DNA from: Eledone cirrhosa
Lineage: Eukaryota
DNA: 64,000 nt
NCBI GenBank assembly: GCA_964016885.1
Contig: OZ024742.1
Coordinates: forward strand, 332,320,001 to 332,384,000
Direction of reading: 5' to 3'
Position numbers and translations under genes: made by a program. Shown in pieces: positions 52,035-63,831 of the stretch (its first letter is position 1; every line of letters begins with the position of its first letter). Below the pieces are notes generated by a model. The model was not told the origin of the DNA, ran no database searches, and worked only from the letters and a program-made list of their open reading frames with translations.

Positions 52035-52792
52035 CTAAATAGACTCTTGTTTAAATAGAGACGACCGAATCATTCCGAGAGAAATATATAATCATATATG
52101 TATGTAATGTAAGTATGTGCGCGTATATCTGTATTTCTAAGTGTTGTATGTGTGTGTGCGTGTGTGTGTGTGTGAGCGTGTGTGTGTGTGTGTGTGTGTA
52201 TGTGTGTGTGTGTGTGTGTGTGTATGCATGCGTATTTATCTCTTTCTATTTACTTATTTGTTTGTGAATATGCACGCATATCTCACCCCCCCCTCTCTCT
52301 CTCTATATATATATATATATATCAACACATGCACTAATATCCGTATATATCCAACTCTTTCGACCTTTCGAACTCTTTCTCTCTATCTCTCAGTCTATAT
52401 AGTCATTTCTGAATGTGTGTATGCATTTATGCTTGTATATATATGCATGCATATATATATTTATATATGACTTTATTGGGGTGCATATATATATTATATA
52501 TATATATACATAAGTATATATACATAAGTATATAAGTATATATATACATAAGTATTTGTTGAAACAATGAGCGAGTTTGAAATTAGAAATCATAAGCTTT
52601 CACCGTATTTTTTGACTAAAGAAATGTTTAGCCTGATAGTGAGGTTTAGAACCCTCACAGAAATGGAAAAAAATGAGTATTGACGTACATGGGATATAAT
52701 ATATATATATATATAATATATATATAAATATATATATATATATCCCATGTACACGACTTTATATATTAAATGATTGCAATTTTTTATGCATA

Positions 52793-52988
52793 TCGGAAGA
52801 GTGTCGGACTCCATGCTTTGCAGCATAGAGTCTTTGCTGTCTCAGTTCCAATACCACCGAGGTTAACTTTGCTTTCATCCTTAAGGGGTCGATAAATAAA
52901 GGATCAGTAACGTACTGGGGTCGATTTCATCGACTTTTCCCTCCCCCAAAATTAGTGGCCTTGTGCCTATACTAGAAATCATTATTTA
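52793..52988 (+). mobile_element. SINE family A copy
   Basis: GGTTAACTTTGCTTTCATCCTTAAGGGGTCGATAAA...GGCCTTGTGCC...AGAAATCATTATT. Confidence 0.82.
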
Positions 52989-53267
52989 TGCTTATCTTAT
53001 AGTTTCCAAAACGCAGGTGAATAAATTAACATATGCAAAGATAATCTAATTGTGTGCGTGAACAAGTGTGTAAGTGTGTGAGAAAAGGTGAGGATGTATA
53101 TGTTTGCTTATGTGCACACGAGAAATTGCGTATGAGTATATATCTACCCATCGAGTTCCGATATATTTATCTGGTCTTAAAACAAACTTTGATAACTGTA
53201 AAATATGAGGCGCTCGATTCATCAACTTTCAACTAAATATCAAGCAATGATAAGTGTTACTACATTA

Positions 53268-53470
53268 TTCACAAGGCCAGCATTTTAAAGGAAAGTGGAA
53301 TGATGAGGAAATCGACCTCAGTATGTTACTGGTAGATTTTTTAGACCCGATAAGAAAGACAGCAAAGGTACCCTCGTTTGGATTTGAAATCTGATTGTAA
53401 ACGGACGTAACTCTATGCCGCCAATCATAATGTCTGATCCACTACCGCTACTGCCAATCCAACGACATTG
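53268..53470 (-). mobile_element. Degenerate SINE family A copy
   Basis: CACAAGGCCAGCA...GATTTGAA...ACTGCCAATCCA. Confidence 0.65.
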
Positions 53471-53569
53471 CCGAGCAAAAATAATTATTTGTATTTTAGG
53501 CCCCAGCGATTTGGGTGATGGAAATATCAATCTAATTGTCCTCTGTAATAACTGCTACATTACTTTTTG

Positions 53570-54479
53570 AATTCCTGAAATATTCACAACAAAGTCGTTC
53601 TCCGCCCATTATGTAATTTCCCAGGGGATTGAAATCCAGTGAGCTTGAAGGCCATGTGTTTGAATGAACGTGGTCATTGAAATTGTCATGCATCTATGTT
53701 TTTGTCGTTCTGGCATTATGGGAGGACGTGGTGTCTGGGTTACATACCATCTCTATCCAGGGCTTCACAACTGTCTCCAACGCCACTTGGTAGCCAGCAG
53801 CGTTAACTCTTTAGCTCTGAGAGAAAAAAATGAGGAGACATGGCATCACCCTCCTTGTCGACGACATCCAGAACATTCACAGTCAATGACAATTTGGTGG
53901 GCATCACCGTTAAAACATCATTTGAGTCTCTGCATTGCCATGTAATGTTCCTTCGGTTTCTCTTTTGGTGCTGATAAAAGTGTTTCTCATTAGAAAAGGA
54001 GGAAAGCATTCCAGCTTCTTGATGTTTTATCGTATTCAGTAAAACGCTTTGCACTGATCAAACGATTTTCTTTCGTCACACCAGAAAGGCATTTCCAAAT
54101 CATATGCGACTTTTATCGGATATCTTCCTGGACAACTCTTCTGATTGTGCAATCTGAAACATTAAGGTCCTTTGCAATACTTCTGATTGACTTTCCTGGG
54201 GTTTTATCCATTAATTTAAAAACTATTTTACAAACAGATGTTCTGATTGCATTGGGACTTTGCGCATAAGTTTTGAGTTTGGCTGCAGATGGTGAAGCCC
54301 ATTTACACGTCCAGATCTATTCTAGCTTTGACGCCGAAAGATCAGATAAATTTCAAGAACGAAGCTATCGCTGTATGCGTGCATTTTCATTTGCCGAGTC
54401 AATTTAAATAATGAAATATTTTTAAAATGAAATTAGAGCTGAAGAAAGAAGTTTCCTTGGAAAGCTGACGCACCCTGTA
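53570..54479 (-). mobile_element. Decayed Tc1/mariner transposon (maT/DD37D-like)
   Basis: Terminus TA|CAGGGTG on the minus strand at about 54479. Peptide relics SNEKHF, MSPHFF, PWI, SSHNA and WPSSSLDFNPL (compare WPPSSPDLNPL). Confidence 0.72.
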
Positions 54480-54489
54480 ATTATATATA

Positions 54490-55122
54490 CTAGCTGGACC
54501 CGTGAAAGAAAAGAGCTGAAAAGAGCGGGATAATTAAAAAAAAATTAAATATTGTCAAATGATTATTTATCGGTTAATGAAAGTTGTTTGATTTGGAGTA
54601 TTTTGGTGAATAAACTATTATATTCTCCTTTATTTTATGTATAATAATTGTTTCTACTTTTGGCACAAGGCCAGCAATTATCCCAGTGCATTACTGGTAC
54701 TTTATTTTATCGACCCTGTAAGGGTGAAATGCAAAGTTAACCTCGGCGGGATTTGAACTCAGAATGGCAAGGGCCGTAACTCTTTGCGTCAAAGAATGGC
54801 GTCCGACGCTCTGAGGTTTATTTCAAATTAATTTCATAAAAGTACATATAAAAAAACATCCTTTAAGGCATTTCCCTATATACAATATTTCTAGTAAAGG
54901 TGATTCCCTTTCTGCAGGCATGGGTGGATTCGTTTTGAGGTATCACTTTAACCCTCCCACTGTTTATCGCCCTTGCTCAAAAGCTGCTCTTCAATTATAG
55001 CATTTCGTTGCTGTTGAACTCCGTTTCTCATATTTTCTAGATAAATTACTATGTAATTACTGAAAGTGTGACACACACGGTCGGACGTACGGTACGTAGG
55101 TATAAGCGTATTAATGTATAGA
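54490..55122 (-). mobile_element. Probable non-autonomous Helitron containing a SINE
   Basis: The minus strand begins A|TCTATAC and ends CCCG...CGGG-TCCAG-CTAG|T. Confidence 0.55.
54641..54813 (-). mobile_element. SINE family A copy
   Basis: Close match to 45697-45890. Confidence 0.85.
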
Positions 55123-55167
55123 TACATACGAACATATAATTATATATATATATATATATATATATAC

Positions 55168-56475
55168 TTGGGGAGGGTCATATTTGTGTAATATTGCCAG
55201 AATTAATAACAGAACACACTCACTGTTTGGTTGGTTTTCGCTTCTCGCTGTCTTTTATATCTGCGATCTAACTTAATCGGTCCTCAATGTTGCCATTGAC
55301 TTACCGACGGTCAAAAATAATACAGATACAATATAGACACAAACACATATATATAGTTTACATAATTTACATAAATCTTTCGTTGCACATCTGCAACATC
55401 GTCAGTGGTGTTATATTTTTTCCTCCTGTTGTGTTGTATGTCTACGCCATTTTTTATTCAGTCTGTCTATATATTTATTTATTTATTTGCTGTTTGTTTA
55501 TTTTATTTTGTCTTCTTTGCGCATGCGTTTGCGTGTGTGTATAGTGTTATGTTTGCTGTGTGACTAGTGTGTATAGCGTTGTGTCTGCTGGGTGACTAGT
55601 GTGTGTTTATGTGCTTGTTTTTATTGTGCTTTTCTATGTATTTATTTATCTTAATTTATTTTATTTTATTTACTTATTTATACTTCTCTTAGGTCAGTGT
55701 TGTTTGTTTGGGTGTTGTTGTTGTTCCACTCATTCTTTCTGTTTAGCTTTGGTCTTCTAATTTCTATTTCACTGGCCTCTCTGATTTGCCTCTCTGCTGG
55801 GTCATTCCTATGTTTAGATATTATTCTAATGTCTATGTTGTCTATGTTACCGTCATGTTGTTGTCTAGCATGTTCGTATAGTACTGACCCGTTTTTTCGT
55901 CCTTTTAGTTCCCCCCAGTGTTGGTCTATCCTTTTACCTATGCTACGAGCTGTTTCGCCTATGTATGTTGTTGTCATGTTTCTGCAAGTACCCTCTGTAC
56001 ATCTTATGCTATAGACTACGTTTCTAGTTTTACAGTTTATCCGGGGGTTCACCTTACATATGATACATTTCCTATTGGTTCAGTGGGTTTTCTTAAAGGG
56101 GTAGGTTTTGTTGATCAGGGATTTTATGGTGGTTCCTGGCTTTTCTACCACCTTTATTTTTAAGTGGGTCTTTCTCAGGGCCTTTCAACACTGGTTAGCT
56201 AATTTCCCTCCAGGGGTGGCGTCCACAAACATGACACTCTGATATCTCTTGTTGTCGTACCATGATGTGGCCTTCCCTATCTTATGTCTAGCCCTATCTA
56301 AGCTATTCCATGATTTGCTCCTGTATAATGGGCAAATTCTTTTCATGTCCAGTTCTATGAGGGTCTTATACTTTTCCATGGCTCCTTCGTATACTCTGAC
56401 TCTGTCTCTTTGGTTGTAGCCAGAGAACTGCATGCGGTCGATGAAGTGTTGGATGTGTCTTTCCATTTCTGTTCC

Positions 56476-56476
<1 letters not shown>
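55168..56476 (-). mobile_element. 5'-truncated Penelope-like element (RT C-terminal region, GIY-YIG endonuclease and 3' region), flanked by (TA)n on both sides
   Basis: NCKTRNVVYSIRC...YIGETARSIGKRIDQH...RQIREASEI...LNRKNEW; upstream MQFSGY...PLYR...VMFVDATPGG. Confidence 0.88.
55369..55410 (-). ncRNA. Minimal hammerhead ribozyme core in the Penelope 3' region (stem I degenerate)
   Basis: Minus strand CTGACGA-T-GTTGCA-GATG-TGCAAC-GAAA-GATT-TA, in the same orientation as the element. Confidence 0.62.
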
Positions 56477-56556
<80 letters not shown>

Positions 56557-57151
56557 CTATGCACAACGGTACACACCCTCCTTGAGATTTGAGTAATAAA
56601 CAGAACAATGGTCCTACTTCTATAAGCTAGTAACTCACAATCTGTTTCTCTCTCTCACTATACACATACACACACACACACACAGATACATATATATATA
56701 TATATATATATAGGTGTGTGTGTGTGTGTGTGTGCATGTATATGTGTGTGTGCGTGTGTGTGTGCATGTATATGTGTGTGTGCGTGTGTGCATGTGTGTG
56801 TGTTAATATATATGAGTGTGTGTCTATGTATAGAAAGAGTGTGGAAGAAAGACGGAATGAATGAAAAAAGAGATAGAAATGCATGCACACACACACAGAT
56901 ATATATATATATATATGTAAGTATTCCTAATAAATATATCTCAGCACAGTTAAATATGTTGCTACACAAGTAAAGCAATAACTACAGATGTTCTCTGTTT
57001 CGCTGCAGAATGTTCTTCGTACGTTTGATGTTTAAAGTAAACAGATTTCCCCCACACAAGCAGCCGGACTTACCATGAGACAATCATATCACCATGACCG
57101 GTCACACATATATACACGTACAGAAACGTACGTACACTTCTATAAATTACG

Positions 57152-57203
<52 letters not shown>

Positions 57204-57361
57204 TGTACTTTACAAACCATATTTACTTATACGCATAAGCCGCATTCTCATGAAGCATGCATATTACATTCATTTACAGATCACGTCTAATGATTGACAG
57301 GCAAAGACATACGTCGCAAATATACATACATACCTACATACATACATACAAACATACATAC

Positions 57362-57535
57362 ATATTTATACCTGTGATTATTGGGCGACTGGGATATTTT
57401 AGAAAGTGCCTCAGTACAAATCTTGAGAAGCTGGGCTTCACAGAAACAGAAAGAACACGACCAGTTAGGAAATTACAAGTACAATGGAAGTGTAACATTT
57501 TGTAAAACATTCCAAAAATTCTGCATCTAATAACT
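57362..57535 (+). mobile_element. Short 3' fragment of an R4/RLE-type LINE next to (CATA)n
   Basis: FIPVIIGRLG...NLEKLGF...RKLQ resembles the RLE C-terminus seen at 39750-39850. Confidence 0.5.
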
Positions 57536-58099
57536 GCATATACACTTGTACAGATACAAAGCATATACACATGCACACATATAACACAAAATATAATACA
57601 CATCCAGACATACAATGACATCCAACCATCTATCCATATATATATATATACATACACATCGTCCAGCATTCATATCAACAGGCAGGCGTAGTTACATACA
57701 TACATGTATACATGTATATGATATATATATATGTGTGTGTGCGTGTGTGCGTGCGCGTGCGTGTGCGTGCGTGTTTGTTTATGTGTGTGGGTGTGTGTGT
57801 CTATGAGTGTTTGTGTGTATTATAGAGAGGTGACACTTATTGTGCTAATTCTTGAAGTGTTGTGATTTAATAAAATAGCATAACCTCTATATTTGATGTA
57901 CTGTACACCTTACTTTAATTCTGGTGCTTTTCGGAGGTGGGGGGGTTCAATAGAATATCATTTAACTACGTAATAGAATCCAGTAATTTCTGATAGGTTG
58001 TTGAAATACTGTAGTGATTAAGTCCGTCGATTAGACGAAAGAAACTGTGGTTTGTAATGTTCATGTGTACTTAATTAAAAATCACACATATATGTAACA

Positions 58100-59090
58100 T
58101 GTTTTTATGAGAGTTCAGTCCATTCTGTTTTAAAGCTTATCTTGAGTTAGATTTAATGGTTTTTTAACTCCCCAATTATATTTGAAATATGTCGAAATAT
58201 AATATATTTCATTTTCTTTCAGATTTTTGTCAAATTTAACTATACTATAGCTGTTGAATTTGCGCCATGTTCACTCCAAGTAAAGCACACATTTGTAATG
58301 TTATTCTTTATGAATCTGGAATCTAATAGTGCCAGTGCAGCAGCAGAATCATTCCAAATCCCTTATGGAGATGTGTTTGAATATATATATGCAGGATAGG
58401 TTTTCCAAGATTTAGAAACGGAGATTACAGCTTGCATGATGAATCAAGAAAAGGGCGCTCAAGAGCGTCAGATTCTGATGCATTGGAGGCCACTGTTGAT
58501 GGAGATCCGAACGTTACAGTTCAGGAACTGGGTACGGATTCCAATGTGTGGCATACCACCATTCATCGGGATATGTGGGGGATAATTCATCACAAACTGG
58601 TAGGTGATAATGAACCAATAACCGCTGAAGTCTATTGCCAACAGCTAAGACGATTGAAAGAAGCTTTGCAGCAAAAACGCCTATCATTAACAAACACAAA
58701 AGGAGACATCATTCATCATGATCACGCTAGACCTTATACTGCACAAAAAAGCAAACATCACCTAGAAAGATATGTGTGGGGAATTTACTTCACTCGCCAT
58801 ATGCCCCGGTCCTCGCTCCATCAGATTCCCATTTTTTTAGAAGATTGTAATATCATTTGAGTGGATTAAGCCTTCCTTCAAGAGAAGAAGTCGAAACTGA
58901 TTTAGTTTCCTTTTTTATTTTAAAACCTAAAGAATTTTATACATGTGGCATTGTAAAGTTTATTGACAAATGAAGAGATGTCATACTGAAGAATGATATA
59001 TACAGTAACTATTAAATAAATCTGATGTTTTTTTAATTGTTTTATTTAACCTCATACAAACGGACAGATTTTTCGTTACAAACTGATATT
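58100..59090 (+). mobile_element. Decayed, internally deleted mariner (Mos1/SETMAR-like) transposase
   Basis: RFRNGDYSLHDESRKGR, WGIIHHKL...ITAEVYCQQLRRLKEALQQKR...IHHDHARPYTA. Confidence 0.85.
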
Positions 59091-59653
59091 TGGTGTTTAC
59101 CTATATATATATTCACACACACAAACACACATACACACACACACAAACACACATACACACACACACACAAACACACACCAACACGCACTCACACACACAA
59201 ACACACTCACATACACACACACATACAAACACACATATATATAAATGCATACATACTTAACATGCATACATACTTAACATGCATACACACTTAACATGCA
59301 TACATATTTAACCACACACATTGCACTAACGCATTCATGTACATATGTATAGAGATTATGTGTGTGTGTGACTGTTAGAGAATTATATTTTCTGAATGTG
59401 GTAAAATAATCGAATCCTGATCACACCCTACAGCGTCACCTACAACTTTTCATATAAATAATTTGGCTGCTGAGGAATATCATAATATGAAATATAAATT
59501 AACATCAAAAGGGACTTTAACTCTGTAATACAGATAAATAAATAAGAAAAATGTCATCAGCATCAACAACATATCGAATAATTCACAAACTTAACAGCAT
59601 CTACAACAATAACAACCCAACGAACCAGACAACGAGCTCCACAACAATAATAA

Positions 59654-59841
59654 TACAGTGAAATTGCGTTATAACAAAATTCACGGAGTATTAAAAAAAT
59701 TCGTTGTAACGAAAACTTATTTAGAACCCGATCGACCGAACCGAATCGAACGTTTGTTTCTTATTACCTCGGGGATTGAAAATAAAATTCGTTATACTGA
59801 AAAAATTGTTATAATGGTTTTCGTTATTACGGAATTCTACT
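59654..59841. mobile_element. Short MITE with pogo/Tigger-like imperfect terminal inverted repeats
   Basis: TACAGTGAAATTGCGTTATAAC ... GTTATTACGGAATTCTAC, with internal TTCGTTATA repeats. Confidence 0.55.
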
Positions 59842-60330
59842 TTTATTACCATCATCACCTAACATAGCACAAGACTAGCAACCCGAACAGCAACAACAAC
59901 AACCCAATGAACAATACAACAAACCCAACAAGTACAACAATAAACCAACAATTCAACAAGACCAACAAAAAACGATGACAATACAAAGGGCGGTGCCCCA
60001 GCATGGCCTCAGCCGGATAGCTGGATCAGTTAAAAGAGAAAAAGAGTATCACCATCAACAATAACAGATCAACTGTTAAAAAAATATGTTATATCTACAT
60101 TAAGTGATCTAAAATCATTCGTTAAATATCTCTTGAAACGTGTATGTGTGTGTACATGAGTGAGTGTATGTGAGTGAACTTGTGTGAAAATATGTGTATG
60201 TGTGAGTGTATAAGTCCATGCATGTTTCTGTCCTCTTTGTTGCTACAGGTCCTAGGGAATTTTAATTTTAATTAACTAAATGAAATGTTCTTGAAAGATT
60301 AACAGATATGCACACTCCCTTTTTCAATGC

Positions 60331-60383
<53 letters not shown>

Positions 60384-60389
<6 letters not shown>

Positions 60390-60629
60390 GGCCAGACCAA
60401 AAACAGCCTCCGCCAACGCATGACTGTCCATATATCCCAAATTAAAATACGGGAATACAGGAAAATACCACTGAGTGAACAGATTCATACCTGTGCCGCC
60501 CAAAATCATCCCAACTTCAGAATCTTTCCCCTCTACAAATTTAAAGATAATGCCACCCACACCCAGCGGATCAGCAAGGAATCTCACTTTATTAACAAAT
60601 ACGGACCCCGTTTAAACACTTCTCCCTAA
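60384..60629 (+). mobile_element. Penelope-like GIY-YIG endonuclease fragment fused to (TA)n
   Basis: YIGQTKNSLRQRMTVH...ESHFINKYGPRLN*. Confidence 0.82.
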
Positions 60630-61185
60630 GACGAACCCACAACATACACACGTCAACATACATACCTACATCAGCATACATCCTACATACATCTCTATCC
60701 ACATATGAACACAATGACATAGGTAAACACACATGTTCTATGGTGCAACACAAGTATACACAAATTTGCATACCTTTTGATGTCTATAGATATAAACGTG
60801 CCGACACACACACATACAGATACGCACACATGCATTGCACACTGATGGGCACATACATATTTGTACACAAGTATTCCAATACGGCAGGGCCTAATGGATT
60901 CCCCTTGCAGTACGTACAATCTGGACACTCACACACACACCTTGGATTATGACAATACTATGTATCATTTCACACCTTTTATTATTAATGTTTTTGATGT
61001 TCTCTTGAGAGAATCGTTTTTGCTGAAAATATCGAATAATGTACAACATTTTTACCAGTATCACAAAATTACTGGTCCCCCACCACACACACACATACAC
61101 ACATATACACACACACACACATATATACACACACACATACACACGCGTACATTAACATACACAGAGACATATATACACACACACA

Positions 61186-61213
61186 CCGATCCCTCTACCA
61201 CGAATTACTCTGC

Positions 61214-61254
<41 letters not shown>

Positions 61255-61804
61255 TTTTCTTAATAGGCACCTGAACTGTTGACCTGTCAACATGACTGCA
61301 ATTCACTAACACATCCCTACTGACCATTATCACAACAATGAACCTCTTTATATCACACACAGATATTTGTCTTGAAAGATTTATTTTTCAGTGACTTCTC
61401 AAACAGGCAAAAAAAGACACTCTTCGACAAACCTACATTTGGCGCAAAATCAATTTTTAACATTCAAGTGACCTCTACCAACCAATCAAAATTGTTTTGA
61501 CCACAAGAATTTTTGCCAAACGAATTGGCGTGAAACTTATTTCACATAAAACAGGTTGAATTTCCAAAACTGATCAGATAAGAGCAAACATCATGGGCAC
61601 TCTATCTCAAAATTATTTTTGAAAAGCATTAGAAATGCGCAACCGGTAAAAGCTTAAAATCAAAACTGAATACTAACCAATACTTATTACTAATTTTTAC
61701 TTATTCCTAATTAAACTATTTTTCACTGGGAACAATTTGTCAGCATTTTCTTTTCCTTTTACCAATATATCACAACTCGTGTGTTACACCTCTATTCTTT
61801 TAAA
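61186..61804 (+). repeat. Repeat family B, colinear copy ending at (TA)n
   Basis: Aligns with 47514-48220 and, in reverse, with 63829-64000. Confidence 0.85.
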
Positions 61805-61813
61805 TATATATAT

Positions 61814-61866
61814 ATAAAAACAAATAACGAAACGAAATTTAATTTCGTTTCGTTATTTGTTTTTAT
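61814..61866. repeat. Perfect palindrome with 26-bp arms
   Basis: ATAAAAACAAATAACGAAACGAAATT-T-AATTTCGTTTCGTTATTTGTTTTTAT. Confidence 0.97.
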
Positions 61867-61964
61867 CGTTTCCGTTGAACCGGTACGTACTCACACTCTA
61901 TGCAAATTAGTCTGCCCACTACTAATTTTCATAGAAAAAGCATATAACGATATGTGCTTTTACG

Positions 61965-62060
61965 ATTCTCCAGAAAGGCCGGTAGATAGGTAAATATTGC
62001 TGATGAGTTGTAACAACAACGAAACTAGTTCAATATTCCTTGTCTGGCTTTCTGGAGAAT
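61965..62060 (+). ncRNA. Type I hammerhead ribozyme with extended stem I
   Basis: AATATTG-CTGATGA-GTTGT(AACA)ACAAC-GAAA-CTAG-TT-CAATATT; outer helix ATTCTCCAGAAAG/CTTTCTGGAGAAT. Confidence 0.85.
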
Positions 62061-62258
62061 AGAGGAAAGGTGTTTCCTCAAAAACCAGTATGACTCTAAA
62101 AACCGGTTTGTCTGTGTGTTTACATACAGAATAGCTGGATACTCACAGTAAAGTAACCAGTGAAAGACTTGGTACATCTACATATGTATACGTGTGTGTA
62201 TTCATATGCATACTAGTATTTCAGTATACATATATGGATGTACATTTTTAACTTAATT

Positions 62259-62287
<29 letters not shown>

Positions 62288-62295
<8 letters not shown>

Positions 62296-62446
62296 TAACA
62301 GATTAAAGGTTAAGCAAAGAATCGGTGCTTTCACCCTTAACGGGATCCTCTGAAACTAAAAAAATAGATTTGCTTAGTTTCAGAAGATCCCGTTAAGAGT
62401 GAAAGCAGCGATTCTTTGCGTTAAACTTTAATTTGTTATTTTAATA
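62288..62446. repeat. Imperfect palindrome (about 72-bp arms) abutting (TA)n
   Basis: TTAAAATAAC...GCAAAGAATCG...CTTAACGGGATCCTCTGAAACTAA / TTAGTTTCAGAAGATCCCGTTAAG...CGATTCTTTGC...GTTATTTTAA. Confidence 0.93.
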
Positions 62447-62534
62447 AATATTTGCTCTATGTTTCTTATATATTTGATATATATTTATCCTTATCGATCC
62501 CTCTTTGGATTTTAGTCTTCAAATTTATTATTTT

Positions 62535-62594
<60 letters not shown>

Positions 62595-62626
62595 GTGCGT
62601 GTGTGTATGTGTGTGAATGCGTATTT

Positions 62627-62830
62627 ATAATAACTGTTCTACTTTAGGCACAAGACCAGCAATTTGAAGGAAGGGGAAAGTCGATTAAATCGACCACACT
62701 GTATTACTGGTGCTTTATTTTATTGACATCGTAAGGATGAAAAGCCAATTTAACCTCGGCGGGATTTGAACACAGTACGTAAAGGTCTAATACACTATGC
62801 TGCAAAGCATGGTGTCTGACGCTCTACCGA
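62627..62830 (-). mobile_element. SINE family A copy
   Basis: GGCACAAGACCAGCAATT...GTAAGGATGAAA...TAACCTCGGCGGGATTTGAAC. Confidence 0.83.
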
Positions 62831-63324
62831 TAATTATTTTCATCATCATCTTGATATCTAAAGCACCAAGCCAAGCTTAAACTATTTCGCACATGAATAT
62901 GTGTATTTGCGCGTTTTGGGGTCTGTTTGAGTGTATGTTTGTATGACTTCCTCACATAGTGAGAAATATGTAGTATAAAGAAAATCAGACATACATATGA
63001 TAGAAATAAATACACTCAATGAAGGAGAAACAGCAAGTCAGCTAAATATGTAAATAGATAATTTAGATATATGAATTGTTGCATGGATATGTAGACACTC
63101 AATACTCATCGGATTCTCAAACTTGATATCATTTCTACTCTTTAATCACTTTTCTTATTATTATTCTACACCAGATCCTTCACTTTCTATTGGGCGTGAA
63201 TATTTTTACTGTACACACACATTGTCTTAATTTTGTGCATGCATTTTGTCATAAACGTGTCTTCTTATTTCAAAATACTTTACATTTAAATTTGATTCAA
63301 ATATTTCGTGTCGATTTGACCTAT

Positions 63325-63359
63325 ACATACACACACACACACACACACAGACTCTCACC

Positions 63360-63433
<74 letters not shown>

Positions 63434-63471
63434 ATCTGTCTATCTATGGATTTATCTATCTCTCTCTCTAT

Positions 63472-63537
<66 letters not shown>

Positions 63538-63540
63538 TAA

Positions 63541-63627
<87 letters not shown>

Positions 63628-63765
63628 TAGATCACTTGAAGGTAATATCCGTAGTGGTAGAGCACTCAGTCCATGGGATGAGTTTGGTAGAAGTAGTAAC
63701 ACAACAGTTAGTTCACCATACCAAGAACAATTGTTAAACCTTATGGTGAACTTCAGTCATAGCTG

Positions 63766-63827
<62 letters not shown>
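63325..63827. repeat. Microsatellite cluster (CA)n, (CT)n, (TA)n, (GA)n
   Basis: Direct inspection. Confidence 0.95.

Positions 63828-63828
<1 letters not shown>

Positions 63829-63831
<3 letters not shown>

Noticed and set aside
61560-61626. Hammerhead-like CTGATCA-GATAAGAG...CTCTATC-TCAAAA in repeat family B
   Set aside because: Both core boxes deviate and the second copy (48026-48090) is worse. It cannot be supported without a family consensus.
63710-63758. Hairpin AGTTCACCATA/TATGGTGAACT next to TCAG
   Set aside because: The 11-bp stem is real, but the flanking hammerhead boxes are incomplete.
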